DNA of 62,724 bases, counting the filler, from Sphacelaria rigidula (taxonomy: Eukaryota): assembly GCA_964200075.2 (NCBI GenBank). It is 10 parts of 10 records of this genome, joined end to end, with 100 filler letters (N's around TTAATTAATTAA, not from the genome) between each part and the next. Parts side by side here need not be neighbours in the genome. Positions count along the whole stretch, not along the records: positions 6,284 to 12,466 come from CAXNAA020021679.1; positions 12,567 to 18,749 come from CAXNAA020021680.1; positions 18,850 to 25,032 come from CAXNAA020021681.1; 7 more parts are not named here. One strand, 5' to 3'. The position numbers and the translations under genes were made by a program. Below the pieces are notes generated by a model. That model worked only from the letters and a program-made list of their open reading frames with translations. It was not told the origin of the DNA and did no database searches. Position 1 is the first letter of the stretch. Every line of letters starts with the position of its first letter. Positions 11,341 to 23,371 of this stretch are shown here, in pieces.

Positions 11341-12466
11341 AATCATTATCTGCTCTCGTGCTGTCTACTGTTCTCTCTCTGTGGCTTTTACTTTTACTGT
11401 GCCTCGCTTAGTTGTTCTTCCCTTTTCTGCATTGGTCTTTGTCTATCTGCTCCGGGCGGCTATATTCTCTCCCCTTCCCCTTGCGGACACTTACCTGTTC
11501 GTGCCTCTCTCCCTCGCCGTTTACCCGTGGACTGCGTCTTAGGTTTGTTGTTACATTAGCTGTGCATACTTTCCATCATCTTCTTCTAACCCATGCATCC
11601 TTTCCCAGTCCTTGCTCGCGCTCTGTTTTAGCGTGACTCGGAAGTGTTCTCCCTCCCTTTCTACTTTTTCTCTTGCCAAACAGTATAGCCCAACTCCATT
11701 GTACTTTCTTTTCAATTCCATTATTGTCATATCACTACACCCTTCGAATATCAGCACTACTAGTACCTTACCCGTTCACTCTTTGCTTCTCCATCCGCTC
11801 TTCCTTACAGACTCTCTCTCGGTCCCCTTCGAGAGAGTCTCCAGCTTGTTCGTTTCAATTGTATTCGTGGGATGTAGTCAGCACACTGGGACATCCCAAT
11901 CCTAGTACCCGTTGGGGATCCGGTGTCTTTCACTTATTTTGCGTGCTCACCGACACTAAATACAGCCTCCAACACGGGCTTGTAGCCTGAAGCCAAATTC
12001 AATATTTTTGACACAAGTACCCCACGTTTGTGCCAGGCGATCTTCATGGTAAACCATNNNNNNNNNNCCCACGATCGTATGTTCCATCTTCTTGCCCCTC
12101 TGCTGTACTGGCTACTTCCCTACAGGGAGGTCATTTTCACCGTTTGAGGTTCAACGACGGCTCCCACAACACAAGGCCTCACTCACGTCGGGATGTCCCG
12201 TACATCACTCTTCCACTCCGTGTACGGTTCACCATGGGGCCCTACTTCATTGATGCTTCCGAGCAGACCTTTGCTGCCGCCAGCATGGCGAACGATTCCT
12301 CCACGCTTTGCACCAGCTTCTATCCTTCAAGATCTCAATAAGTCCATGTACCGCTTGGTGCGTTTTCTCGTAGGTCAGGTGGTCGGTCATCGGTAAGGTG
12401 TTTGTTTCGTGAGTGCAGTAAACAGCCGATTCTCGAAAATGGGGTTGAAAAACAAAATGAGGTTCA

Positions 12467-12566
12467 NNNNNNNNNNNNNNNNNNNNNNNNNNNNNNNNNN
12501 NNNNNNNNNNTTAATTAATTAANNNNNNNNNNNNNNNNNNNNNNNNNNNNNNNNNNNNNNNNNNNN
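12467..12566. other. Artificial contig linker
   Basis: N44-TTAATTAATTAA-N44. Confidence 0.99.
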
Positions 12567-12626
12567 TGTGGGGAAAGCACTGTTTTAGGCTTGAGCCTCA
12601 TCTCAAAGGTAAACCTCAATTCGCAC
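12567..12626. mobile_element. Right end of the AATT foldback MITE family
   Basis: TGTGGGGAAAGCACTGTTTTAGGC... matches 10387-10444 and is followed by AATT (12627-12630). Confidence 0.7.
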
Positions 12627-12639
12627 AATTTGCTGTTTC

Positions 12640-15600
12640 TCAAGGATAGTGGTAAATCTCACATTTCGCAGCAGTCACGATCTCGCCGTCATCGTCGCCC
12701 TTCATTCGATAGTGAGTCGAACAGTACTGACGGGTCTCATCATGACACGATTGCGGCCCCTTCACGTCCGGCGCCCCCCACTCCGAGCGATTTCCTTCCG
12801 CTATCATCCACTGTCGCCAAACAGCGTCACTCTCAGATCAAAATCAAGCAAGCGAAGGAAGACACCACACCTGCTACCCGCTGCGTACAGTTTGCCCCTT
12901 CGGCTCCCACCCCTCAATCCAGTGACCCTTCCCCCTCTTCCACGGACCGACAGGCCCACATTCAGGCTGTACGCCATCAGTACAAGAACTTGGACCCATA
13001 ATTTGTAGGCAAAGTCAAGCCTTCACTAAGCTTTCCTGTGGGATCTGATGTAAGCCTTTCCTGCAGCCAGTTACGACAATCCCTCACTACTGTAGTTACT
13101 GATATCCTCTCACACTGCGACGATACATTCGTCGACCTTGAGACCAGAGATGGGGTAGATGGCTGGCTTCGACCTTTACAGAAGGCTTTGGAGGATGCCA
13201 TCGATTTCAGCTCTCCCGAGGCATCTAAATTGTCCAATATGCTCGATCACCACTTCGCACAAGCCGCACGTTCCCTCACCCTCGGTAATGGCGGTTACGC
13301 CGCTTTCACCCTCCTTCTCAGACTCATCAGTTCCTCCCTGGATACCACCTACGAGGGCGAGTCACTCGTACGCCTACTATCGTTTAAGGTACCCGTCGAT
13401 ACCCCTTTTGAACACTACCTCAAAGAATTTCGCACTTTGATTTCGGTTACGGTAAATGGTGGCAGCGAACCTCTCCCATCACAAGAAATGGTGATGAGTC
13501 TTTTTCGTTCCAATGTGGGACGCCAATACCCTAGCCTCATGCCAACCATTTCTGTCGGTACCGCAGCTACTTCACCGGTCCCATTTCCAACCTTTGACGC
13601 TATGTGGACGAAATTAGATGAACTCCGGTCCAACCGCACTCCGGCATCAGATGTGACGGATGCAAAACAGAGTGGCTCCTTCGCAATTCACAACGGCCCC
13701 TCTGTACGGAACAGCCACAATACTTCCGCCACCCTTTTGCCTCACCCGGTTGCCGCCCCCCCTGCGTCTTACTCCCAACAACCACCTTCTAAAACAAACC
13801 AACGCCCATGGATTCCTGCGTCCATGGCCTCTCCTAGGCAGATCATGTTCGTACACACCCCAGACGCATCCAACAGTCGTTTTCCAAGCTGGCCCTTCGC
13901 GACGGAAATTTGGCCGGAAGTGTTTCAAGTAAGCACTTCGATGAACACAACGGACCCCCCCCCCTCTGGGCCAGTAACGGAGATCCTAACCTTTGATCAG
14001 ATGTAATTCGCCGCTGCAAAGATCACTGCCTGAACTTTGGCACTTGGTTCAATCCTCAAACGGGGTACTCCGCAGAAGGTCAAGTTTCAACGCACTCGAT
14101 GCGCCAATGCGAAGCCCCGTTCACAAACGCATTTGGTGTACTCAACCCCATGTTCTCCGAGCCCCAGTTTGCGCACTTTTGGCCAACTTGGCAAGCACGT
14201 ATGCTGTCTTACCGTCGCCCTCAACCCAGCGGCGCCCGCAATTCATACCAACGCCCACGGCGCGGCAACCGCCACTATAATGGTGAAACTTGCGCCCCCC
14301 CTCAACACCAACATTCCTATTATCACGCTCAGCCCGCTAACGCGGCCCCTTCCCACGTACCCCCCACCCATTCTGGCGCTTTTCAACCGCCAAACCAGAC
14401 TCAACACCGAAGCACTTCTAGCCCCCCCACAAACACATCTACTGCCCCGAACACAGCCCGCCAGAATGGGACCCACGACTCTACCGATGCCAAGCGTACC
14501 ACCTGACGGTGTTTGGGAAACGCACAACACCCCGCGTTTCCAAATCACCGACGGGGTACCTCTACGTGTGTGACCGCTTGTAACACTTCGCCGTCACCCT
14601 CTTTACATTTTGATAACACGTCTACTTCAAACCCCATTGTCGACCACAGGTCCACAGTCGGGCCCCAACAACCTTCAACGAACCGCGGCAATATATTTTC
14701 TTTCACTTAGCCAGTGCATCATCACCACTTAACAGAATCCTCGTCGGCCAGCGTGGGTTCTCGCTTGTGGTGTGGGTACGCTAGCGTTGACCATTCTGTC
14801 ATGACGGGTTCCATGACAGCACAGTCCCGTGCAACATTGCATGACTCCCAAATGCGCAATGATCAACCCCAGTGTTTTCATACTGGATCTGATCACCCAG
14901 TTGTATTTCCGAGAGGTAGTAATCAATGCCAGTTGGATCCGATCGCCCCGCAGAATCGGCAGTCGTGTAGCGTAGCGCCTGCCGCCTTAGAAGCAGGTAC
15001 ATCTTCTGATACGGTAGCTGTTACCCCTACGACCGTTCATCGTAGGATGAAACGTTTACAGAGACTCCCCAGCCCCGAGAAGGACTCAGGAGTCTAGTCG
15101 AAACCGGTAACACATGCGTGCGAAATTCTGCGTGTGCCCGGTCCCCTTTTATTTGGTGAGCGTAATTCTTCATGCACTACGCGCGCCAGTGCCGAACCCT
15201 TGTTTTCCGTAGCTCAGCGGGTTGGGAAGGAACCCCAAGCGACAGTGCCGACCAAGCGCCACGCGTGTAGCCACGAACGGACTGACCTTGCCAACTTCCC
15301 AAAAGCCCCTGGAACAGCCGGCTCTAGAGTGCGCTATACGCGACACCAGGAGTGGGCTCTTCCGGATGAAACTGTAAATAAACCTGTAGTTGCCGCTGCA
15401 TCCGCCCACCTAGAAGGTTCCCGGGTGCCGGGCACAGCGGATGAAAGCCTTGTCGTAGAACAGGTCGGTGTTTCTCAGATCCCGAACAGATCAGCACCGC
15501 TTCCTGCCGACCCCTCAGGATCTATTTTGAAGAATAAAGTAGCGTTGACATCTGTTGGGACAGTAAACCCGCTGCGCCCTGCATGTATGTCTCATGGTGC

Positions 15601-18600
15601 CGGACAAACCCCGGCTGTGCCGTCAAAATTGCAGTCCGATCAGGACTGTTTCTCCCCTGTTTCTCATCGCTCCAAACAATTATTGCAAACATCCACATCC
15701 ACTCCCTTTCCTACACGTCGTTCATCCCTGACTGTGTATGAAACCCAACTTTCGTCTACTGCACCACACGCCCGACAAAACCCCCCGTGCCACGACGGCC
15801 CTTCGGAAAACACATTCGTTCCGGAGGATCAATCTCGAGTCTACTTCAGCACCATTGCCCAACAACACAAGAGCGATGTGGCTGCAGATCAATTGTCGGA
15901 ATTTGGACCGGACTTGGTCAGTGGAACTGCACTCATGGATGACGCCTCCTTCACAACCCGAACAGGTATACATAGTGGAGTGCATGCAACACGCCCTTTG
16001 ATGGCCGCTGCACTGCCCGATACTGGCTCGCCACAAACGTTCATCACAGCCAGCTGCTGGCAACACTGATGAACGCTGGAGCAGCAGACAAACATTGCCT
16101 TTCTACTGTTCCGCCTCTGTTTTTGGCGGGTTTGGTGCCTCCACTCCCCTTACGGTTGATCAATCAGTAAGACTCAGTGTGCAATTCTTCGATGACACGG
16201 GTCCCACTGCACGATTAGCTGTGTGGGCACTCATTGTGCCCGATGGTTCCATGTAGGTTGATGTTCTCGCTACGTTTTTCCACACATACATACACGACAA
16301 ACTCACCTGTTTTGAACCGACCAATGACAGGCAGATTGAAATTGGGACACCACGATGCTGATCCAGGCGCTCAGGCCTATGTCGATGACCCAACACAAAC
16401 AGGTGATGCTTTCCGACTGGATTATGTTGGGGACCACGTCGTTTCTCTGTCCCGTAAACCTCAACACATCCATGTGAATCTTGTGAGACGGAACGGATCC
16501 CCCGCCCTCACTGTACAGTACTTGGTCGACTTAACCAATCCCAACCAAACCCCAGACAGTATTCCCCCCTTTGATCAGATCGATGTATTTGTCCATGAGG
16601 GTCGGCGATCCATTCCCCTCACGTCCTCTGCATGTCTTGATGTCCTCCCTGGTCAGTTGTTGGGTTTTGCTCAAGCGCCCCTCCTACGGGCAGCCTTGTC
16701 GAATGTATGTCTGAAGGTGCCACCGTAAACATCATCAGACAGCTCAGAGACAAACGGTCCTACTTCGTTCGACAAGACTGGCCCCATGGTTGTAGACGCA
16801 TCGACGCATACGCCTGACAGAAACCCTCCGACTGCCTTACTAGATACATTCTCGCCAGAGCAACGTGTCAGTTTTCAACGATTATGGGATGAAATTCCCC
16901 CCCTTTTGAGACACATTGCGTTTGATTTATCTGGTGAGGGTTGGACACCCACGGTGATTGATCGGCTGCGCTCCATCTTGATACGATACTCTGAACGGTT
17001 TTCTAAATCGTCAACAGATTTAGGCCGCTGCAACACTATACCGTACAAAATCAACATTCCTGATGGTACGACACCTATCGCCATGCGTCCGTACCGTATA
17101 AACCCTTTTCTGGCGGTTAAAATTCAAGTAATTATCGACGAATACTTGTCCGCCGGGTTAATACGGCACTCAACGTCTCCGCGGGCCTCGCCTTTCTTAG
17201 TCGTCCGGAAGAAGAATGGTAAGATCCGACTGACCGTCAATTATCAACGATTGAACGCAGCCACCAAAATCGCACGTCTACCTCTTCCCCCTGCCAACGT
17301 CCTTGTGTACACATACATCCCTCAGTAGGGTGTTCCCGAACGTTTGTTATCCGATAACGGCCCACATTCTGCTGGCAAACTCTCTGCCGCGATCAGTAAT
17401 CTCCTGGGTGTCCATCGTATTTTCACTAGTTCATACCATCCGTCCACAAACGGTGGGACTGAACGAGTTAATCACACCATGGCGCAAATGCTTGCCACAG
17501 TGAACAATGAGCGACAAACGGACTGGGACCTGCACTTACCCCTTGTCCAAATGACCTACAACAACTCCGTCAATGCCGCCACAGGCTTGGCTCCTAATGA
17601 AGTTCATATTAGTCGTATGCCCAGGCTGCCATTGACAGTGTTCGATAGGAAACCCCCTGGTGGTCATCAGAGTTTGGATCGGGATATTGTGGAGTATCAT
17701 ATGTCTGTTAGTAATCGTCTTCATCTGGTATGTACGGGAGCAGAACTTGATCAACGCAGCAAAGGTAGCTAAGACAAACAGCGTGTTGGATGATGTAGTG
17801 AACAACCGTCCGGTGTGGAAAGTAGGTGAATGGGCATGGGTGTATAACGATGTGAGAACTGTAACCCAAGGTGCCAGCTCTGCTGAGTCGTCGTCGGAGG
17901 TGTTGAAGTCGAAGCTTTGCTTGAATTTGACCGGTCCTTGGAACATTTTGGCAGTTGGGCCCTGTGCTACCGCACGTGACGATAAACCAGTAGGTGAGAA
18001 GCTTTTGTATTTGGATTTCCCCACGGATGAACCTAGCGTCAAACCCAAAAACCGGGTCTCGATGCTTCGGTGTAAGCCGTGTCTTCCCCCTCACGACACT
18101 AGTGAGCCCAAGCAATTGCCTATGGGGCTCAGCCAGTATGTCCTAACCAGGTATGCGGCGAAAACCCCACCGTACCACATGACGGTGGAAGACGCTGACG
18201 GTTCTCTTGAACGTGTAGTGGTAGATCGCATCTCGGGCCATCAATTAGTTCGAGGTCGAGAGGGTAAAATTGCGGTCATGTATCAGACTCACTGGAAAGG
18301 CCTCAGGCGTGTTACGTGGGAACGGGAGGAGGATTTGCGTCATTTTCGAAGAGAGATACTTTTATACTAGGTCGGAAATGTCGTCCAACACCGCCCGTTG
18401 AACAAACGATATAGGTCTATGCGAACAGGCGCAGCAACTCGTGAACTGGCCCGAGAACACTCGGCACGATTTGTCATTTCGGGCTATAGTCTCATTTCTC
18501 GTTCGCAATACCTGCGCTCTTTTTCAAAGAAACGTTTGCCGAAAGGTTCATATTTTTGGTACAGGGCTATGGATTCGCGGTGGTGGCTGGGGAAGATTCA

Positions 18601-18612
18601 TTTGATAGATCC
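12640..18612 (+). mobile_element. Degenerate chromodomain-bearing Ty3/Gypsy retrotransposon, internally deleted
   Basis: Gag-like ORF 13038-14006. Protease ALPDTGSPQTFI near 16010. RT N-terminus RPYR...SPRASP...KKNGKIRLTVNYQRLN near 17080-17270. Integrase SDNG...SSYHPSTNGGTERVNHT from 17344. Chromodomain VDRISGHQ...YQTHWKG...TWE near 18215-18370. Confidence 0.9.
17344..18612 (+). pseudogene. Gypsy integrase C-half, chromodomain and downstream extension
   Basis: ORFs 17344-17772, 17660-18370 and 18398-18625, joined across a frameshift and a stop. Confidence 0.8.
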
Positions 18613-18702
18613 TGTGACGGTTTAAGAGACAACCAACTAGACTACCGACCAGTCAGCGCTGACTGGTCGGTAGTCTAGTTGGTAGTCTCTTGAACCGTCA
18701 CA
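18613..18702. repeat. 90-bp spacerless palindrome
   Basis: 45-bp arms with 2 mismatches, centre AGCGCT, TGT...ACA ends. Confidence 0.95.
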
Positions 18703-18749
18703 AAAGTTAGTCGTGGGAGTTTGATCCCCGTCACTTTCACTCCGAGGAG

Positions 18750-18849
18750 NNNNNNNNNNNNNNNNNNNNNNNNNNNNNNNNNNNNNNNNNNNNTTAATTA
18801 ATTAANNNNNNNNNNNNNNNNNNNNNNNNNNNNNNNNNNNNNNNNNNNN
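18750..18849. other. Artificial contig linker
   Basis: N44-TTAATTAATTAA-N44. Confidence 0.99.
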
Positions 18850-19987
18850 CCCCCCCCTATCGTAGGATGACTCATATGATCAAGGACTGCCCCAAGCCTC
18901 GCGCTCAAGGCGCTGCACAGGGCAATGCGCGAGATTAATCAGGATCTCGGGGTGGTCGTCACGGTGGACGGGGTCGTGCCAACCAGGGACGCGGGCGCGG
19001 TGGCCGCGGTAGCAAGCAATCGGCGGCGGATGGTGGTTCCTCCGCTGCTGTTTCTTCCACTACGTCATCAGGTGGTGACTCTGGATCTTATGGTTCGTCC
19101 GTAGCGGGGCGCACTGTGTACGTGGGAAATGCAAATACTTCGGTGGCGAGTGCTGGAGCGAATAGTTCGCAACCCCTCGGCCAGGCAGGATCCGTGTCTA
19201 GTGCATTCCCTACGGCTGTGACGGCTGTAACAGCGCCGTCTGCATACTCGGCGACTTGGTCTGGTTGGACCGACGACTCGCAGCTATCGATGTCAAGTGC
19301 TGGAGGGCAGCCCTGGCGTCAGGTGACTCTTGGCACCGAATAGGGTTCTTCGGCAGGCGTGGTACCTGTCGATCGCAAGGCTGAATGCTTACGCGTACAT
19401 TTATCCTTTCTTGCCTGGTTCTGTAGGTTCGTTCATGGCCCGCGTTATTCTGAATTCTGGATCCGCGCTCACGTCGATCGGTGTGGGGTTGCTTGAGCAA
19501 ATGTCTTCGCAGTTTGGTGGCGCTCAGCTTCAGATTCCCTTCGAAAACGGACCGCAAACGGCGCAGTCCGCCACGGGTGCTCCCGTGACGGTTACACATG
19601 AAACGGTGCCGATTAATGTTAGCGTGCGTACGCCGTGGGGGGCTGTGGAGTTGCAGCCAATTACTTTCGCTGTCATGCCCGGGAGGGACAACGTGACAGA
19701 GCTTGGGATTGATTTGTATCCGCTGGCGTTGGAGAAGTTACGTCCGCGTGCTGTGCCGGTGAAAACAGGCGTGGAAAATCCCAGCTATCTTGCTGCAAGG
19801 CGTGGGATCGTATCCATACGGCCATTCCAAAGCGCCAATGAGGAGGAGTCTCCTGCAGATGAAGCGGTGGAGCGCTTGGTCGATCGGGGGCCTGACGTGT
19901 TTATGGACCCGGCGGAGGAGAGAGGTGCAAGATAACGTGCGCTTGAGGATAGCGTGCAGCAGGCTGGGCAGAAGGGCCTGAGCGCCG

Positions 19988-21290
19988 ATGGCGCAGTGTC
20001 TCCGTGATATTTTGGCTCGTCGCGTAGATACATTTCGCCGTGTGCTGCGTGGTGATCCGCCAGCGCGCGTAGAGCCCATGAGGGGGCAGCTTAAGCCCCG
20101 GGCAAATGCGGTGAAGGCCAAGCCCAGACGATACGATCCGGTGAAGACCGGGTGCCTTGCCTCATGCATCGCACCTTTGGTTGCCTTTTGTTTGGTGGTG
20201 AGGAGCACCCAGGCTGTGAGGGCGAGTCCAGCGATGGCGGTGCCTAAAAGGGGCACATTGTGTTTAGTCAGCGACTATCACGCGGTGAACGCGCAAGTGG
20301 AAGAGTCTCCGGGGGTGATGCCAAGCCAAGAAGACATGCGGGAGTTGCTGCGAGCCCAACGCTTCGGCAAGTTGGACCTGTTACAGGGGTATTGGGAGAT
20401 GCTTTTGGCGCCGGAGGCTCAGAAAATCTTCAAGATCGTCACGCCTGACGGTTTGTTTACGCCTACTTGTGTCCCGCAGGGTGTGTTGAACGCCACGGCG
20501 TATTTCCAAGGTGTGCTGACTGACATTTTGCGAGGTCTAGACTGTAAAGTGTGGGCAGATGACGTTTTCTGTTTCGCTGAAACCGAAGAAGCACTGTTAG
20601 CTTTGCTTGACGAAATCCTTGGCCGCTTGGAGAGTATTGGTCTGTTCGTCGCTGCGCATAAGTGTACTTTTTTCGCCCGTGAAGTGGTTTGGTGTGGTGA
20701 AGTGTACTCTAAGGGTACTATTTCGCATGATCCCGTCCGCATTCAAGGTTTGAGCAATATGCCACGTCCTCAAAACGCTAGTGAGTTGATGCAGTTCCTG
20801 CAGGCGGTAAATTGGTTGCGGACTTCGCTCCCGCGCATGGCGGAAGTAGTTGCCCCGCTTCGAGTATTTCTGGAACAACTTATGGTCGAGGCTTCGCGTC
20901 GGACCAAACGGGTGGCGCGTCATCGTATCATCCCGGTGGACGCTTGGACGGAGGATCGTGTGCAGGCATGGCGTGCTGCGCAAGATTTGGTGGCGCAACA
21001 GTGCCGCGGTATCATCCTCGTCCACGGTGCGTTGTTCTAGTGTTTCCAGATGCTTCAGAATTTCATTGGGGTAGTTTTTTTACGCAAGTGCCTGTCGCAG
21101 ACTTTATTAGTGGCATTGCGCTCGAAACCATGTCACACGCACCGTTGGCTTTTCTGAGTGGTAGTTTTAGGGGTTCACAGTTGCGGTGGGCGACATTGGA
21201 CAAAGAAGGTTTTGCGATAGTTAATACATTTCGGAGGCTAGAGTACTTGCTTTGGGGTGGTGTTCGCATTTTCACCGATCATATCTAAAA
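19988..21290 (+). pseudogene. Gypsy reverse transcriptase and RNase H
   Basis: ORFs 19988-21040 and 20812-21288 with the canonical motifs. Confidence 0.9.
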
Positions 21291-21355
21291 TACATCTTTA
21301 ACCCCGAAGAGGGTGTCACATCGGTAACGAAGGTCATGGCACAACGGCTTGAGAG

Positions 21356-22941
21356 TTGGAAGGAGTACTAGGCCAATACCGGTATGTCATTAAACACATT
21401 CCTGGAGAGCGCAATTGTTGGGGAGATTTGTTGTCTCTCTGGGTGAAGATTTGTTCCGTGTCTGTTCGTTCTGTTGCCATGTACAGCCCGTGTGATGCCG
21501 ATGATTCGCTGCTCTCGTTAGATGCCATTCGTACCGCGCGGCGCAAAACAGTCGGCGACGGTGTTCATTATTTTCCTACGATTTTCGATCAAGCTGCTTC
21601 GGCTGACGATAGTTTGTTTCGCGTGCACGTTGGCAGTAGTGATGTTTTGTGGATTTCGTCAGATGATAAGGCTCTACAAACTCGCTTGATGGTGTGCACT
21701 CACATGCGGTCGGCTGGTCACCGCGGTGTGGCGCCGACTCTGTTTAATTTGAAAGAATACTGTGTGTGGCCTCACGTGGATTCCCATGTTCGCGAGTTCG
21801 TTCGCCAGTATTTGCATCATGTAGACACTCATGCTGGTGCGATTGTACCCCGTCCGTATGGCGACACTGTGCACGGTACTGCGCCAGGTGAAGTTGTTCA
21901 CGATGATTTTCTGTACGTCGAAAGTGGCGAACCTGAAGGTGGTAATGGTTTGCCTGAGGAGGATGACTTCCGGTACGTTTTGGTGTTCATGGATGATTTG
22001 TCCAATTTCGTTTGCTTGGAGCCGACCGAGGCTTGCACCGCCGAAGTTACGGCTAAGCACTTGCTCCATTGGTGCAAGACTTTGGGCGTGTCGCGTGTCT
22101 GGGTTGGTGATACCGCCACGCACTTTAAAAATCGAGTGATCGCGCAGCTGAGCGATGCGCTCAAGGTGCAACACCAATTTGCTGTTGCGTATACCCCTTG
22201 GTCGAGTGGTGCTTGTGAACACATGGTGAGAGAGGTTATTCGTGCGTTGCGGTCTATTTTGTCGGAACAGAGACGGCCGGTGTCTGCATGGGTTGATGTT
22301 TTGCCAGTCGCTCAGTGGGCGTTGTATACTTTTTTTCGTGAACGCTACCGTAACACTCCGCATTGTGTGGTGTTTGGGCGTGCGCTGCGTATAGCGTTTT
22401 CCGCGCTGGCTTTTGTCACTGGCGGCGAGTGGAACGTCAATGCCATGAATGTTGATTCGTTGCGTGACAAGGTTCAAGGAGTGGTTGACGAGCAAGTGCG
22501 GTTTGTAACGAAGTGCAAGCTGCTGTCGCGGTGTCTCGCGGAACCAAACGCAAGCTTGCTCAGGGCCAGGCTGTTTTGCTCAAGTTTGCAGGTAGCGATT
22601 TCGTATTGTATGCCCGTGTTCGGAGGCAAGGTGTGACGCCAAAGTTGATGTCCACGTGGACAGGTCCGTGGCGAGTGGTCGGATCCGATCACGCTCACGT
22701 GTACTCGGTGCAGAAAATTGTTTCCGGCGCCGTGCACTCGGGCCATGTCGCTCGTTTACATTTATCTGCTGACTCGCAGTTGCACATCACTGCGGAACTA
22801 AAAGATGTATTTCAGCATTCGTATGCTCAAGGTGGATGTCGGATGAATGCTTTGGTGCACGTCGCTGAGGATGACAATGGTGGTGTCATTGTTTTGGCCA
22901 ATTGGGATGGGTTCAGAACGTGCGTGAGTCTTTTTGCATGA
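21356..22941 (+). pseudogene. Gypsy integrase and chromodomain remnant
   Basis: ORFs 21356-22636 and 22513-22941 (KLMSTWTGPWRVV is the GPY/F motif). Confidence 0.85.
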
Positions 22942-23371
22942 TTCATTCTTCTGCGCCTGAATTTGTTCGGAAAGAACCGCATAAAATGAGGTTGACTCGG
23001 GCGCTGACCAGTAAATTAGCATCCGAGTATGGTATTTCTTTGTGATCTGGCGCATGCGATTTCGCCTTGGTTTTTGTTGGTTGTCAAGCTCATTTGTTTG
23101 GCTTCGAGAGTGCTGTAGCGAAATGATACCAAGCCGTAGGTTTCAGTATATTCGCATGCATGATTGAAGCAGTGGCGGGGGACAGGGGATCCTGGATTGA
23201 TGACCCTTATCTGTGTGGCCCCTAGCTGTCTGGCTCATGATATGGTCTGTTTCTGGATCACTCCGCAATAATAACAAGTTAAAAGAGAGCACTTGTCGGA
23301 CACGAGGCCCGTGCTACTGAGGAGTCCCTCGTGGATAGTCCTCTTGTCCAGATCGTCAGGCAGAGGCTATA

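Larger units (their letters stand above)
7454..11900 (-). mobile_element. Near full-length degenerate LINE (APE endonuclease + RT; RTEX/L2-like)
   Basis: APE motifs DMVGIQESW (11003-11308) and TTDHFLIW (10512-10694). RT motif GLMFADDFVG (8660-8932) and PKLEYAGEVW...LRAELG (8253-8639). C-terminus ...VNSQTTKASNK*. Many frameshifts. 5' limit is approximate. Confidence 0.9.
18850..23045 (+). mobile_element. Degenerate Ty3/Gypsy retrotransposon (PR-RT-RH-IN-chromodomain)
   Basis: Zn-knuckle remnant HMIKDCP. Protease VILNSGS (catalytic D mutated to N). RT KLDLLQGYW, PQGVLNA, VWADDV. RNase H FPDASEFHWG...DKEGFAIV. Integrase GHRG, MDDLS, GDTATHF, YTPWSSGACE. Chromodomain-like VLANWDGF. Confidence 0.92.

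Noticed and set aside
12432..12626. A single MITE spanning the linker between contigs 2 and 3
   Set aside because: Contigs are ordered by length, and both simply break within the same abundant palindromic family.
22980..22995. ATAAAATGAGGTTG matching the AATT-MITE terminus
   Set aside because: It is a short match inside the Gypsy coding tail (HKMRL) with no partner end.
23114..23370. 3' LTR of the second Gypsy element
   Set aside because: A TGTAGCG start is plausible, but there is no clear polypurine tract, no second LTR and no matching end after the foldback insertion.
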